Made by a program: the position numbers and the translations under genes
Notes under the pieces: model-generated
Databases searched by the model: none
Seen by the model: the letters and a program-made list of their open reading frames with translations, nothing else
Told to the model about the DNA's origin: nothing
IMG/VR virus record: IMGVR_UViG_3300045988_091011
Span: 50,138-114,137 of that record
From: a virus
Length of the DNA: 64,000 nucleotides
Direction: 5' to 3' (one strand)
Part shown: piece after piece, positions 19,401-28,125 of the stretch
Layout of the letters: each line of letters opens with the position of its first letter
Position numbering within the stretch: position 1 is the first letter of the stretch

Positions 19401-22400
19401 TTCGGAACTGGAATTTAGTGAAAGTTATGCCACAAGAATGGAATCCATATACAAAAAGGCCGAAGAAGAATTAGGGCATCCAGTTTCTCAAACAACCAAA
19501 GAATACCTTAATGCTCTATCCAGGCAAAAACGGATACTGAGGCAGCCTTTTATTGATAGCGGTGGTAATTTTGATGAGGTTGCTTACTATAAGAGTAGTA
19601 ACTACGAAGAAGAAGGACTGCTTCGTAAACAACGTAAGGAAGCAGCTTCGGAATACATATATGTTGGTACCAGACGTGTTGAAAAAACCGGCGACCAGCT
19701 TAAGATGGCTAAAGAAATACAAGCCATAAATGAAGTTTGGAGAAAAGAATCAAATAATGTTACCAATGCCGTATCAGAATCGTTTTTGCAAAAATTAAGA
19801 ACGATTCAGCGTGAGTCAGGAGGGGAAGCTGCGCTGAAGACACTTATGTTGGGAGGTCACCTGTCATTTAATGATCGGTTTTGGAATGACGTAGAATCAG
19901 AACAGTCGGCACGTACCGAATCAAATAACAAGGCTTCGTATCTTAAAATGGCGCATGATATCATTAGTTCTACGACAAGTGATAGAGATGCGACTGACGT
20001 GGATTCGATTGTAAAAGATATAGAAAAAAATAAGGCCATTATCAAGGAAATAATCGGAAACAATCGCGATGTGGCCGATATCGGAGAAATTAACGAAGCG
20101 ACATTTACCTCATCCGAAAGAGATGCTTTTAGGGCTGCATCTGAAGCTATTGAAGCCGATTATGCTATTTTGATAGATTATGCTAAGATGGTGGGTCTTG
20201 AAGATATTGATAAGTACCTTACTAAAAGCAGTAAGGCTGAAAACGAAGTAAATCAGTCTTATTTAAATGCTCTTGCTGACTCCAAGGAAGTGGAATGGAA
20301 GTTCGTACAACGTCATACTACGGCGAAGAAAGCAAAAAGGATTCAGGCTTTAAGGGATAAGCTGTTTAAGGCTGCTGATAACCGATATTTGTTTACCGTA
20401 TCTGAAACCAACTACCTGTCAGAAAAGCTTGGAATAAGCAAAGAATTAGATGGTAGAGATTTTAGGAATGCTGTTAATGCTAAGATGGCCAGCTTGTTTT
20501 TAAATAATACAAGGGAAGAGGGTATAGAAGAAGCCAATGCTATTGTTAATGAATTTGCCAGGAGCCAGGTCTTTTCGTACTATAAACGCATGGCGCCTAC
20601 CGGATATGCGGCCATGATAGACAAAATCGGTCGAGGTGAGATAGATGTGGCGCAGATGGTTAAGGACGTACAGAATGGGACTTCCACCCAAGATTATGGC
20701 ATGGACATATCGTACCTGTCTTTCGATCCTGCGAGGGCATGGGTGGCTGAATCTGAAGCCGAAAATAGCGGTCGTAACCCTGATTATGTAAAAGACCACG
20801 GGTATGGTCGTCGTATGCCCAAGAAGAGCCTGTATCGTGATGAATCATATTTCAACGACTTCGGCATTAAGTATGATGCTGATGGTAATGAGGTCGCTAC
20901 TAAAAACGTAGAGCAGTGGAATATGATTCAAAAACTCAAGGAAATAAAAAGACAATCCCTTGATCTATATAAAGAGCAGAGCCCTAATCTGTATGCTATT
21001 CCACAGATATCCAAACAAGATATAGAACGTATAGAAGGGTTAGGTGTCAGCCTTAAAAGTACGGTCAGGAACTTCGTATCCGACTTATGTCTTGACCGAG
21101 TAGATGACTCCCTGTATGGTAAAACACGCCAGGGTGAGGTCTATGACCCGGAAGATAGGGTTCGGTCCATACCTAAATACTACATATATGAATTAGAGAA
21201 CCAAGATGACGTATCTCACGATTTTGGCTACTCTTATTCGATGCTTATGATGCAGTCATCGTTATACAACGAAAAGCAGAAGTCTATAGAGCTCGCTCAA
21301 GGACTGGAGCAGATGTTGCTGAATAAACAATTTGAAGGCGGTAAAAAAGCTGAAGCAACCCAAGCATATCAGATGTTCAGGGACTTCTTCAACGATCATT
21401 ATTATGGCATTAGGATGAACACCAAAAAACTGACGGTAAACATCGGTGGATACACAGTAGACCTTACCAGGATAATGATGGCCGTTGAAAGATTTATGTC
21501 GGTCATGAACCTGGCTCTGTCCCCGTTTGTGGCAGCTACCGGCGCCCTGACAGGTCATATCAACCTCATCATGGAATCTGCCGTAGGACAGTATATAAGC
21601 AAAGACTCCCTTAAATACGCATCGGCTGAATTTTCACGCCTTGCTCCATCTTGTATAGCAGAAACCGGAGACATAGATAGGAAAAGCAAATTATATGTCA
21701 TAGGTGAGAGAATGGGGATATTCAATATCCGAAATCGTATGTATGGTGCCGGATATAATAGAGTGGCCAGGACCTTAATGCGTTCGCCTATGTATGCTTT
21801 TATGGAAATCCTGAACTACCCTCTTGATCCGCAGGTTATGATTGCTACTATGGACAATGTTCGTTATTACAAAGGCCGGTTCTACACGTTCCAAGATTTC
21901 AAGATGGAAAAAGAACGTAATAAAGAACAGAGTACCATAAAAAGAGAATGGAATGCATTAAAAGATCGTACTTTATGGAGTATGGTAGACGTCGTGGATG
22001 GGAAGGTGGTTGTAAAGCCAGGATCGGGTGTTACTGTTGAGGAAGTTGAAACCCAGATGGCTATAACCAGAAATCAAGTTCGTAGCTTGTCGCAGATATG
22101 TAACGGATCTTTGAATGAAGAAAACCGAACTGCCGCATCGCGCAACTGGATAGCCAGGTTCATGACCGCCCACCGAGGATGGTTGGTGCTGGCGGCTCAA
22201 CGTCTGTGGAAAAGACGTGGCTTCAATTTCCAGACAATGCAAGAAGAGGAAGGGTTGTCAATTACGTTAAAGAATATGATAGCCAAAACATTTAGCTTAG
22301 CTTCCGAGTCTGGTATGAAAAACATCATAGATGCCTGGAACGAAAATAAAGACAATATGAATGAGGTAGAGAAAACCAATCTCAAACGTCTCAGTGTCTA

Positions 22401-22854
22401 TGCCGGCACGTTTCTTATCATGCAAGCCGTATCTATGCTTCTTGCCGGATGGCGTGATGATGATGAAAACGAAGAAAGTTGGCTTACTCAATTCGGATCC
22501 TATGTAGGATTCAGAACCATAAACGAAATAGCTTCACAGATGCCGTTTATTATGGAGCTTAACGTTGTAGATATCATTAACGACCCGTTTGTTATGGGAC
22601 GGAAGCTGAAGGATCTTACCGATCTTAGGAACTACTCACTTGATAAAGTAACATCCGGCACATACAAGGGAGATTCTAAGTTATTTAGGCAACTCGCCAA
22701 ACAGACGTTTATCAAACAATGGTATAACATCAAGACGCCGGAAGACATAGCGCGCGCCTATAATTGGTGGCAGCAGACGAACAACAAGTCAATGATGTTC
22801 TTCATCGGCGCCACTCCTGATTCGGAAGGGGACGATGATGTTAGCTACAAGTAG
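16432..22854 (+). CDS. Giant hypothetical protein, 2140 aa (candidate virion or injected protein).
   Basis: 6.4-kb uninterrupted ORF, followed by a strong terminator. Confidence 0.85.
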   Translation: MVSACIIKRDNKKKVVSVSTRSGDRSMLFDKIASIPLMENRERATTVFKTVFSNKFLKAFGDWRRNVPINKQAYNKVKSNIGLIPETYRERVLDKASKMSNPILVSKSDAPYGIQESGFGFYSQDLGDNIMLVDAMVPSSISVPEGPGIDAGQYLQDAISSDFTPVSMVQDKGVNYMVIKDGLKIFSPEELPETDSNPVGVTYQTGEPRLFFMNDRNQLFEDYGEALRSGGNDIRIGFLSGIVQESTVDGVADITYKAGKYVLNNPKSFIPVMTASASTSLSTKGGIINYLIKKGLLSGSKIFDSETRSYYLTGEGYTGQIRLFNSALSYTELRNHFGSDVSMNDQGMITISSLDNSKVTMRLATGGTERVSREQIKNDLKSGRYNELDAKYDHFDALVVSFILEDNDLYADTKAKIVSDYSRQERDQRNSIVEILKTLGVSVIGMTDYIEKYQTKYGHEPSAKALADIANNVIAVGEDATLSDLVEETAHFLVEAYRDQNAVEAVLEDVEGTEEWNQYAGQYYNTYGKVYEGAELDNAVRREILGKILAREMQTGTAQAPVEPTSFLGRVRQLLSGIVSWLKSALSTQRQDLNNVIKNIRDLAITDIDKGFDTSLLKDNDFTLYSLSSMNKNKFLESKILALRKTLRDLRQISSDRAVTTSMTLAQLKTIEDKINKVETEIDKNEMAAAMNSMISTAEAQVRYLSNVVNTILHGDTKDGKLHFNTNDRKNVDIINNQVLPIMNDLRGYIRNRSTEFDEREKQDYTNRINTVIADINGIQSDIKSVQDLDESTLLDKLMNELHVPADKVKRVKEFFDKVQHDVSWISRWFGILEHSSSPFNNALGAMIAKDNYNAMVNAQPAISDFLAYAKKHGFNKSEFEKLLQKVDGKTSNYLRSALDMAKYDRNKKLAQMRAFATAMNIEISEEEIGDVVDNNRNYVFKREVVDKDGNTVTENAKFKPSSDRVNTDIFTIEQEKVYTEQMEKWDAENSELEFSESYATRMESIYKKAEEELGHPVSQTTKEYLNALSRQKRILRQPFIDSGGNFDEVAYYKSSNYEEEGLLRKQRKEAASEYIYVGTRRVEKTGDQLKMAKEIQAINEVWRKESNNVTNAVSESFLQKLRTIQRESGGEAALKTLMLGGHLSFNDRFWNDVESEQSARTESNNKASYLKMAHDIISSTTSDRDATDVDSIVKDIEKNKAIIKEIIGNNRDVADIGEINEATFTSSERDAFRAASEAIEADYAILIDYAKMVGLEDIDKYLTKSSKAENEVNQSYLNALADSKEVEWKFVQRHTTAKKAKRIQALRDKLFKAADNRYLFTVSETNYLSEKLGISKELDGRDFRNAVNAKMASLFLNNTREEGIEEANAIVNEFARSQVFSYYKRMAPTGYAAMIDKIGRGEIDVAQMVKDVQNGTSTQDYGMDISYLSFDPARAWVAESEAENSGRNPDYVKDHGYGRRMPKKSLYRDESYFNDFGIKYDADGNEVATKNVEQWNMIQKLKEIKRQSLDLYKEQSPNLYAIPQISKQDIERIEGLGVSLKSTVRNFVSDLCLDRVDDSLYGKTRQGEVYDPEDRVRSIPKYYIYELENQDDVSHDFGYSYSMLMMQSSLYNEKQKSIELAQGLEQMLLNKQFEGGKKAEATQAYQMFRDFFNDHYYGIRMNTKKLTVNIGGYTVDLTRIMMAVERFMSVMNLALSPFVAATGALTGHINLIMESAVGQYISKDSLKYASAEFSRLAPSCIAETGDIDRKSKLYVIGERMGIFNIRNRMYGAGYNRVARTLMRSPMYAFMEILNYPLDPQVMIATMDNVRYYKGRFYTFQDFKMEKERNKEQSTIKREWNALKDRTLWSMVDVVDGKVVVKPGSGVTVEEVETQMAITRNQVRSLSQICNGSLNEENRTAASRNWIARFMTAHRGWLVLAAQRLWKRRGFNFQTMQEEEGLSITLKNMIAKTFSLASESGMKNIIDAWNENKDNMNEVEKTNLKRLSVYAGTFLIMQAVSMLLAGWRDDDENEESWLTQFGSYVGFRTINEIASQMPFIMELNVVDIINDPFVMGRKLKDLTDLRNYSLDKVTSGTYKGDSKLFRQLAKQTFIKQWYNIKTPEDIARAYNWWQQTNNKSMMFFIGATPDSEGDDDVSYK

Positions 22855-22990
22855 ACGAAGAATATCGGACTTGCATTGTTTTTGTATGATTCCAATATGT
22901 TATATTAGCATCGTCAAAGAGTAGATTGTACGTTTTTTGTTCTTACTTGAAAGATTATGTAGGTTTAATTTTTTCTGAAATTGTTTTCTT

Positions 22991-23033
22991 ACCGGTTCTC
23001 AGTCAGAGATGATAGAGAACCGGTTTCTTTTAT
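22991..23033 (+). terminator. Rho-independent terminator (ACCGGTTCTC-14nt-GAGAACCGGT followed by TTCTTTTAT).
   Basis: 10-bp perfect stem plus T-run, 137 nt after the stop. Confidence 0.7.
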
Positions 23034-23168
23034 GTTGTCAATTATTGCTATCTTGCAAACAAAAATCATGAGACGAAGATTTCAAATAGGGATGGGGGTA
23101 AATCCCTCGCTTATAATCAATAAAGGCATATACATCCAACATGTAGATGTAAGAACGTTTTTAAGAAT

Positions 23169-24038
23169 GTGAACTCTGTTAAGTTTGATTTTAAAAACAA
23201 CAGAGTTAAGATTCCTATCATTGGTTGGGTAAAGTTTTTTGCCAATCGGTCTTTTGAAGGAAAGATTGGTACGATAACAATATCCAAATCATCAACCGGT
23301 AAGTTCTATGCAAGCATTATAGTAGATGACGGAATCCCCAATCCTGACAAATTTGCTATCAATTCCGATACAACAGTAGGAATCGATGTGGGAATTAAGG
23401 ATTTCTCCGTCCTTTCCAACGGCCAGGTTTTTAGTAATCCGAAGTATTTTGAATCTGCGCAGAAAAGATTAGGGTGCTTGCAAAGAAGAATGTCTCGTAG
23501 AAAAAAAGGAAGCAACCGATACAAGAAGGCAAAGCATGATGTTGCCGTATGTCACGAACGGATTCGAAACCGTAGACAGGATTTTTTACATAAGGTTAGC
23601 AAGAGGATAGTAAGTGAGAACCAAACTATTATCATCGAAGATCTTAATGTAGGAGGCATGTTAAAAAATCATTGCCTTGCTAAGAGAATTGCTTCTGCAT
23701 CATGGAGCGAGTTCTTTAGGATGCTGCAATATAAATCAGATTGGCGCGGTGTTAATTTAATTCGGATCGGAAGATTCGAGCCAAGTTCTAAGATGTGCGG
23801 ATGTGGGTATATTCATCGTGATCTTAAATTATCGGATCGTATTTGGACTTGTCCTGAATGTGGCGCCGTCAATGATCGTGATTTACTTGCAGCGAATAAC
23901 ATTAAAAGATTTGGGTTAGAAAAACAGAATCTTCTAACCCAAGAAAATATTAACAAGACACCGGTGGTGAACCGGGAAGGGGACGTGGAGTTGCCTACGT
24001 TGGTAGGAACGGTGAAGCGTCAAAATGTACTGGTGTAA
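23169..24038 (+). pseudogene. tnpB: 5'-truncated ISDra2-like tnpB remnant (289 aa from a GTG; about 115 N-terminal residues missing).
   Basis: Retains RuvC-I GIDVGIKDF, a block (NPKYFESAQKRL...RRKKGSNRYKKAKH...RRQDFLHK) that I recall as characteristic of ISDra2 TnpB, RuvC-II IIIEDLN, the zinc finger CGCGY...CPECG and RuvC-III NDRDLLAANNI. An in-frame stop at 23121 means no WED/REC N-terminus is present. Confidence 0.7.
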
Positions 24039-24062
24039 ATTGGTATATAATCACCTAAGTTT

Positions 24063-24551
24063 CTAAGCATTAACTTCATGATCTCCCCTATCTGTGAAAA
24101 CTAAACCAATACCTTCTATGATATGTCCTACTACAGGAGCTTTGTCAAATTCCTCCTTCGTAGCCCAAGTAGCATTATCAGGCATCAGATCCTTGAATGC
24201 GTCCGAAACATCACCTTGGCACCAGCAGTTATTTGATACAACAATGCCTTTTCCTTCGATATTGACATACATTTTTCTTCCGCCACATCCAAGGCTATTC
24301 CATCCTCTTGGTACGTTTTCTACCATAGGCTTAAGCACCCAGCTTTCACCGTCTATCCTAACCCATCCTGGATCGTCTTTGTGCTTGTCGTACATATTTT
24401 GCCAAAAAGAGCATTCGTAGCACCATCCCCTGTCTTTCATGACAGTTCTTATCTCACTCCTTTCAAATCCATCTGCATCCATCGTGTGCGGAGAATGAGG
24501 CTGGTGAGGGGTGCCACATTTTGGACATACAGGTTTTAAATTCTTTTCCAT
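24063..24551 (-). CDS. Hypothetical protein, 162 aa, with an N-terminal zinc ribbon (CPKCG).
   Basis: ORF. Last gene of the (-)-strand array. Confidence 0.55.
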   Translation of the reverse strand: MEKNLKPVCPKCGTPHQPHSPHTMDADGFERSEIRTVMKDRGWCYECSFWQNMYDKHKDDPGWVRIDGESWVLKPMVENVPRGWNSLGCGGRKMYVNIEGKGIVVSNNCWCQGDVSDAFKDLMPDNATWATKEEFDKAPVVGHIIEGIGLVFTDRGDHEVNA

Positions 24552-24552
24552 A

Positions 24553-24789
24553 TTATTTTACTTTTACGATTTTAATAGAATCTCCTATATTGTATTCCCC
24601 TTGGTATCCAACGAATTTTATAAGCCTATTATTATAAAATATTGAAATTCCTTCGTCTTCACCATAATACATTATACATCCATCTTCTAAAGGACGTAGA
24701 TCATATATAACCCATCCGTTATTAACCCGACTATCATCATGCGAACATGATGATAACACAAGTGCCATCAATAAAACAAAATACTTCAT
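24553..24789 (-). CDS. Small putative lipoprotein, 78 aa (lipobox LSSC).
   Basis: Signal sequence MKYFVLLMALVLSSC. Confidence 0.5.
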   Translation of the reverse strand: MKYFVLLMALVLSSCSHDDSRVNNGWVIYDLRPLEDGCIMYYGEDEGISIFYNNRLIKFVGYQGEYNIGDSIKIVKVK

Positions 24790-24796
24790 ATTATTT

Positions 24797-24988
24797 TCAA
24801 CATAAAAATTTGTAACCTGGTTTTACTGCCTCTGCTTCTTCTCTCGTATCAAACATTAAGGTAGTGACAGCTCCTATGCCTTCGCAAATGTAAGACACTT
24901 TCACCCACCACCTAAAAATACCAGAACCGTAATCATCATAGTACGGCTCGGAAAGAATCTCTTCTACATACCCATCCAAATAATTCAC
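24797..24988 (-). CDS. Hypothetical protein, 63 aa.
   Basis: Tightly packed co-oriented ORF. Confidence 0.45.
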   Translation of the reverse strand: MNYLDGYVEEILSEPYYDDYGSGIFRWWVKVSYICEGIGAVTTLMFDTREEAEAVKPGYKFLC

Positions 24989-25698
24989 GATCGCTCCTCC
25001 TTATTTTTAGATTCTGCCTCTTCGAGTATGCTGATCACCTTGTCAACAATATCCGAATCAGACATTTTCTCAATAAAAACATCCATTGCCTTAGTTATGT
25101 CATTGGCTTCTTTTTCCTCAAGAGCTATTTCTCCACCGGTAATAGCATCAGATAATGATGTAGATAAGTGTCTTATCTTATCAATGCTCATAAACGTAAA
25201 TGGATTACCACCTTGACCCCCACCCATTTCTTTCATGATCTGATATCCACCTGAGATAAGTCTGCCTGATGTCGTGGCCAAGGAGGATACGATTAGGGAC
25301 AGTACCGCCGCTTCCGTCCGCTCCTCGGACAGGCCCTTCGACCACACGGCTGCCCTTATAGCGCCGGCCAGATCGTCTATGTATGGCATGAGGCAATCTT
25401 CCATCGCTTGTGTTATATCAGCAATAACCTCACTACGCTCTTTATTTATGTAGTAGATAGAAGCATTGTACCTCTTTATCTCTTTGTCCATATCATTCAA
25501 AAATCGTTTGACATTATGTTTGTACATAGGACCACCCTTAATCACTTCCTTCAGCTTAAGAATGTAATTATAAGCCTGGTCGTTTACGAACAACGTCATG
25601 GTTTCAACCGTCGAATGAAGCGTGTTGAGGCTGTTAAGAATCTTATCGAAATTGTTTATCAAATAAGCTTTTCTGGCTTTTGCCGCGTAGTTAATCAT
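24985..25698 (-). CDS. Hypothetical protein, 237 aa.
   Basis: Tightly packed co-oriented ORF. Confidence 0.6.
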   Translation of the reverse strand: MINYAAKARKAYLINNFDKILNSLNTLHSTVETMTLFVNDQAYNYILKLKEVIKGGPMYKHNVKRFLNDMDKEIKRYNASIYYINKERSEVIADITQAMEDCLMPYIDDLAGAIRAAVWSKGLSEERTEAAVLSLIVSSLATTSGRLISGGYQIMKEMGGGQGGNPFTFMSIDKIRHLSTSLSDAITGGEIALEEKEANDITKAMDVFIEKMSDSDIVDKVISILEEAESKNKEERS

Positions 25699-26221
25699 CG
25701 CATTTAAATTTTAGATTTTCAAGTTCATTCAATTGTTTCTTAGTCAATTCGATCAGGTACGTTCTCCGTTTCTCTGCATGTTTTAAAGCTTCTTCTTTGC
25801 TCTCAAAAGCATCCCTTCCTATTTCATAAGGAGTGATCCTATCAGGAATGTCGGCTAACAAAAGACCACCATACTCTTCTATTTTAGCTTTTACTTTTCT
25901 TATTACACCGTCTCTCATGCACGCATCTGTAATCCATATAAACCTATCACATTCTTCTAATTCCCTTTCGTACAATTCATACCATTCTGGTTTAGGAAAT
26001 CTTAATGTGAATCTAATCTCGGTATCTTTTTCTAAGACATTAATATCATACGCCTCCGGCCACAGTTCTTTTATGCTGTCTTCATCTTCAGCATACGCCA
26101 CCAATACAAATGAATTACTGGATTCTGCACTACACCAATATGGATATTTTATAGGCCATTTGACTGGACGGTAATCATTGTCACAGTCATCCTTTCTAAT
26201 GTAAAATCTTGCTCTAATCAT
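25691..26221 (-). CDS. Hypothetical protein, 176 aa.
   Basis: Tightly packed co-oriented ORF. Confidence 0.6.
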   Translation of the reverse strand: MIRARFYIRKDDCDNDYRPVKWPIKYPYWCSAESSNSFVLVAYAEDEDSIKELWPEAYDINVLEKDTEIRFTLRFPKPEWYELYERELEECDRFIWITDACMRDGVIRKVKAKIEEYGGLLLADIPDRITPYEIGRDAFESKEEALKHAEKRRTYLIELTKKQLNELENLKFKCDD

Positions 26222-26222
26222 G

Positions 26223-26531
26223 TTATTCTACTTTTTTGATTTCGCTCAAATCGTCTTCATACACCAAATAAGATCCTCTTCCAGGTCTTCCTTCTTTATT
26301 AGCTTTCTGGATTGTAAATATAACTGTTCCAGTATTTGTGATTTGCACGTTCTTAAAGAAATCAACAAGAGGCTCTTTCGAACGTTTGTAAAGAACACTC
26401 ACTTTATCTCCATTCTTTAACCCATAAACAGAATCGAAATATTCCTTTTTAATTCTTTCAATATTACTTCTATGTTTGTTTATTGCATCAAGCTCGTCGT
26501 CTAACAGTTGAATCATTTGTTTTTTTGTCAT
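26223..26531 (-). CDS. Hypothetical protein, 102 aa.
   Basis: Tightly packed co-oriented ORF. Confidence 0.55.
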   Translation of the reverse strand: MTKKQMIQLLDDELDAINKHRSNIERIKKEYFDSVYGLKNGDKVSVLYKRSKEPLVDFFKNVQITNTGTVIFTIQKANKEGRPGRGSYLVYEDDLSEIKKVE

Positions 26532-27094
26532 TTCTTTTCCTCCTTATTTAATGGTATTAATCCTTTTCCGTGTTTATCATACCACAACATAGTTATCACA
26601 TTCCATGCAGCCGCAGCTAAATGGTGCACGTTCGTCTCTTTATCCGTTCTCTCTCCTTTCAGGTATGCCATTATATGCCTGGCAGCCGCCGCACGATACC
26701 GTTCAAAGCCATTGTCAAGATTCTGCCAATTATTAGGCCCATATTTCTTGGCTCCGGCATGATAGACTTTTACAATGTCCTCAATCTCTTCCATCGGAAG
26801 CAAATCCCATCGTAGTTTGTCGTCAATGATGTCATTTTTCACTGATTTTATTGAAGTACTTTTTTCTGGATCTCCTACAAGAACAAGTTCCATAATATCT
26901 GTTTCTATAATAATTGTGTTTCCATTGTAACAAACTTCAGCAAACTTGTCATTTTCTTTTATATTTGTTACTGCAACTACTATAGATCCTTTGTACATTA
27001 TAGTACTTTTATCTATTTTATCATCTTTCAATGTACGAAAAATAGATCCTTTTGGATAAAGGATGTTTTTAGTATTATTGTCCATCTTTTCCAT
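26528..27094 (-). CDS. Putative phage nucleotide pyrophosphohydrolase-like protein (all-alpha NTP-PPase / MazG-like C-terminal domain).
   Basis: RWDLLP...GAKKYGPNNW...ERYRAAAARH...GE.TDKET..HLAAAAWN resembles the phage dATP/dGTP pyrophosphohydrolase-type domain. This call is from memory only. Confidence 0.35.
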   Translation of the reverse strand: MEKMDNNTKNILYPKGSIFRTLKDDKIDKSTIMYKGSIVVAVTNIKENDKFAEVCYNGNTIIIETDIMELVLVGDPEKSTSIKSVKNDIIDDKLRWDLLPMEEIEDIVKVYHAGAKKYGPNNWQNLDNGFERYRAAAARHIMAYLKGERTDKETNVHHLAAAAWNVITMLWYDKHGKGLIPLNKEEKK

Positions 27095-27143
27095 CGTTTT
27101 ATCGTTGTTTTAATCAATTAGTATAATAATATAGCCCATTATT

Positions 27144-27509
27144 TTATTCTTCGCCTATAAAGCGATCAAATTCTTCTCCGCTCATAACAATGCGGTTAAT
27201 GATGATTGTGCCGTTATTGCTATAATCGTCATTTTTAACTCCCACATCATCAAGCTCCCTCTTTAAGTCTTCAAATGTAGGACCGGTCTTGCTTTTAAAA
27301 AATAAAGTAGCATATACAACCTTTCCGTTGTTTAGTTTTACTCTCACGGTATAGACATATCCTTTTTCCTCTTCATCCTTTTTGTTGATACCATCAAGGA
27401 TGCTATTTATCATATCCTTGTCCTCACGTGATAGGTTGGATATAGCTATTCTGCCCTTTAATCTAAATACTTCGTTTTCGTTCATGACTTTCTGTTTTAT
27501 TGTTTTCAA
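27144..27509 (-). CDS. Hypothetical protein, 121 aa.
   Basis: Co-oriented ORF. Confidence 0.5.
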   Translation of the reverse strand: MKTIKQKVMNENEVFRLKGRIAISNLSREDKDMINSILDGINKKDEEEKGYVYTVRVKLNNGKVVYATLFFKSKTGPTFEDLKRELDDVGVKNDDYSNNGTIIINRIVMSGEEFDRFIGEE

Positions 27510-27768
27510 AATATTGTCTTACGGCTTCTATGGCTTTATCGTCATCAAAAGCTTCTTCAAACTCCGTGTAGAACCTATCTCGCTCCATGCAGAATGTGTT
27601 TTTCCCTTCCGGTATAGAACGGAACACAACCACCCTCTCTTTGTCGTGATTGGTTCCTATTATGTTATTATCTAAGATAATAGAATACCTTCTTGAACTC
27701 TTGTTGATAACAACATCATGTTGAAGACCATACAATTTAAGTATTTCCCTTAATTCATTTGTTTCCAT
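27463..27768 (-). CDS. Hypothetical protein, 101 aa.
   Basis: Co-oriented ORF. Confidence 0.5.
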   Translation of the reverse strand: METNELREILKLYGLQHDVVINKSSRRYSIILDNNIIGTNHDKERVVVFRSIPEGKNTFCMERDRFYTEFEEAFDDDKAIEAVRQYFENNKTESHERKRSI

Positions 27769-28125
27769 TTATATTATTCCTTCCAAATTTACTTTAATAG
27801 AACCATTTATAGTTTTAATGCTCCCATCTATGGTTGAAATCACATCATCTAAATCATTTATAATACCTTCCATGTCATCAACCACCTCCTCCATATCAGT
27901 TACAGCCTGATCTGATTCCCAATATCTTTCTGAGTCTTGTAACGATTCCGGTATATTATCTCTCGCCTCAGTCTCTTCGTCTAAAATCATATCAACATCA
28001 TCCTTGGCTGAATTTATATTGTCCTTCAACTCCGATAACTTTGATTTGATGTATTCAAAATCTGTTTTATACTTATTTACATTGTTAATAACATCTGATA
28101 TTTTCTTTCTTCTCTTGTTGTTCAT
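27769..28125 (-). CDS. Hypothetical acidic protein, 118 aa.
   Basis: Co-oriented ORF. Confidence 0.5.
   Translation of the reverse strand: MNNKRRKKISDVINNVNKYKTDFEYIKSKLSELKDNINSAKDDVDMILDEETEARDNIPESLQDSERYWESDQAVTDMEEVVDDMEGIINDLDDVISTIDGSIKTINGSIKVNLEGII

Noticed and set aside
16432-22854. Looked for an RNAP-type DxDGD metal-binding motif in the 2140-aa protein to call it a crAss-like virion RNA polymerase.
   Set aside because: Only YDADGN was found (third Asp replaced by Asn). That is insufficient to assign function without profile searches.
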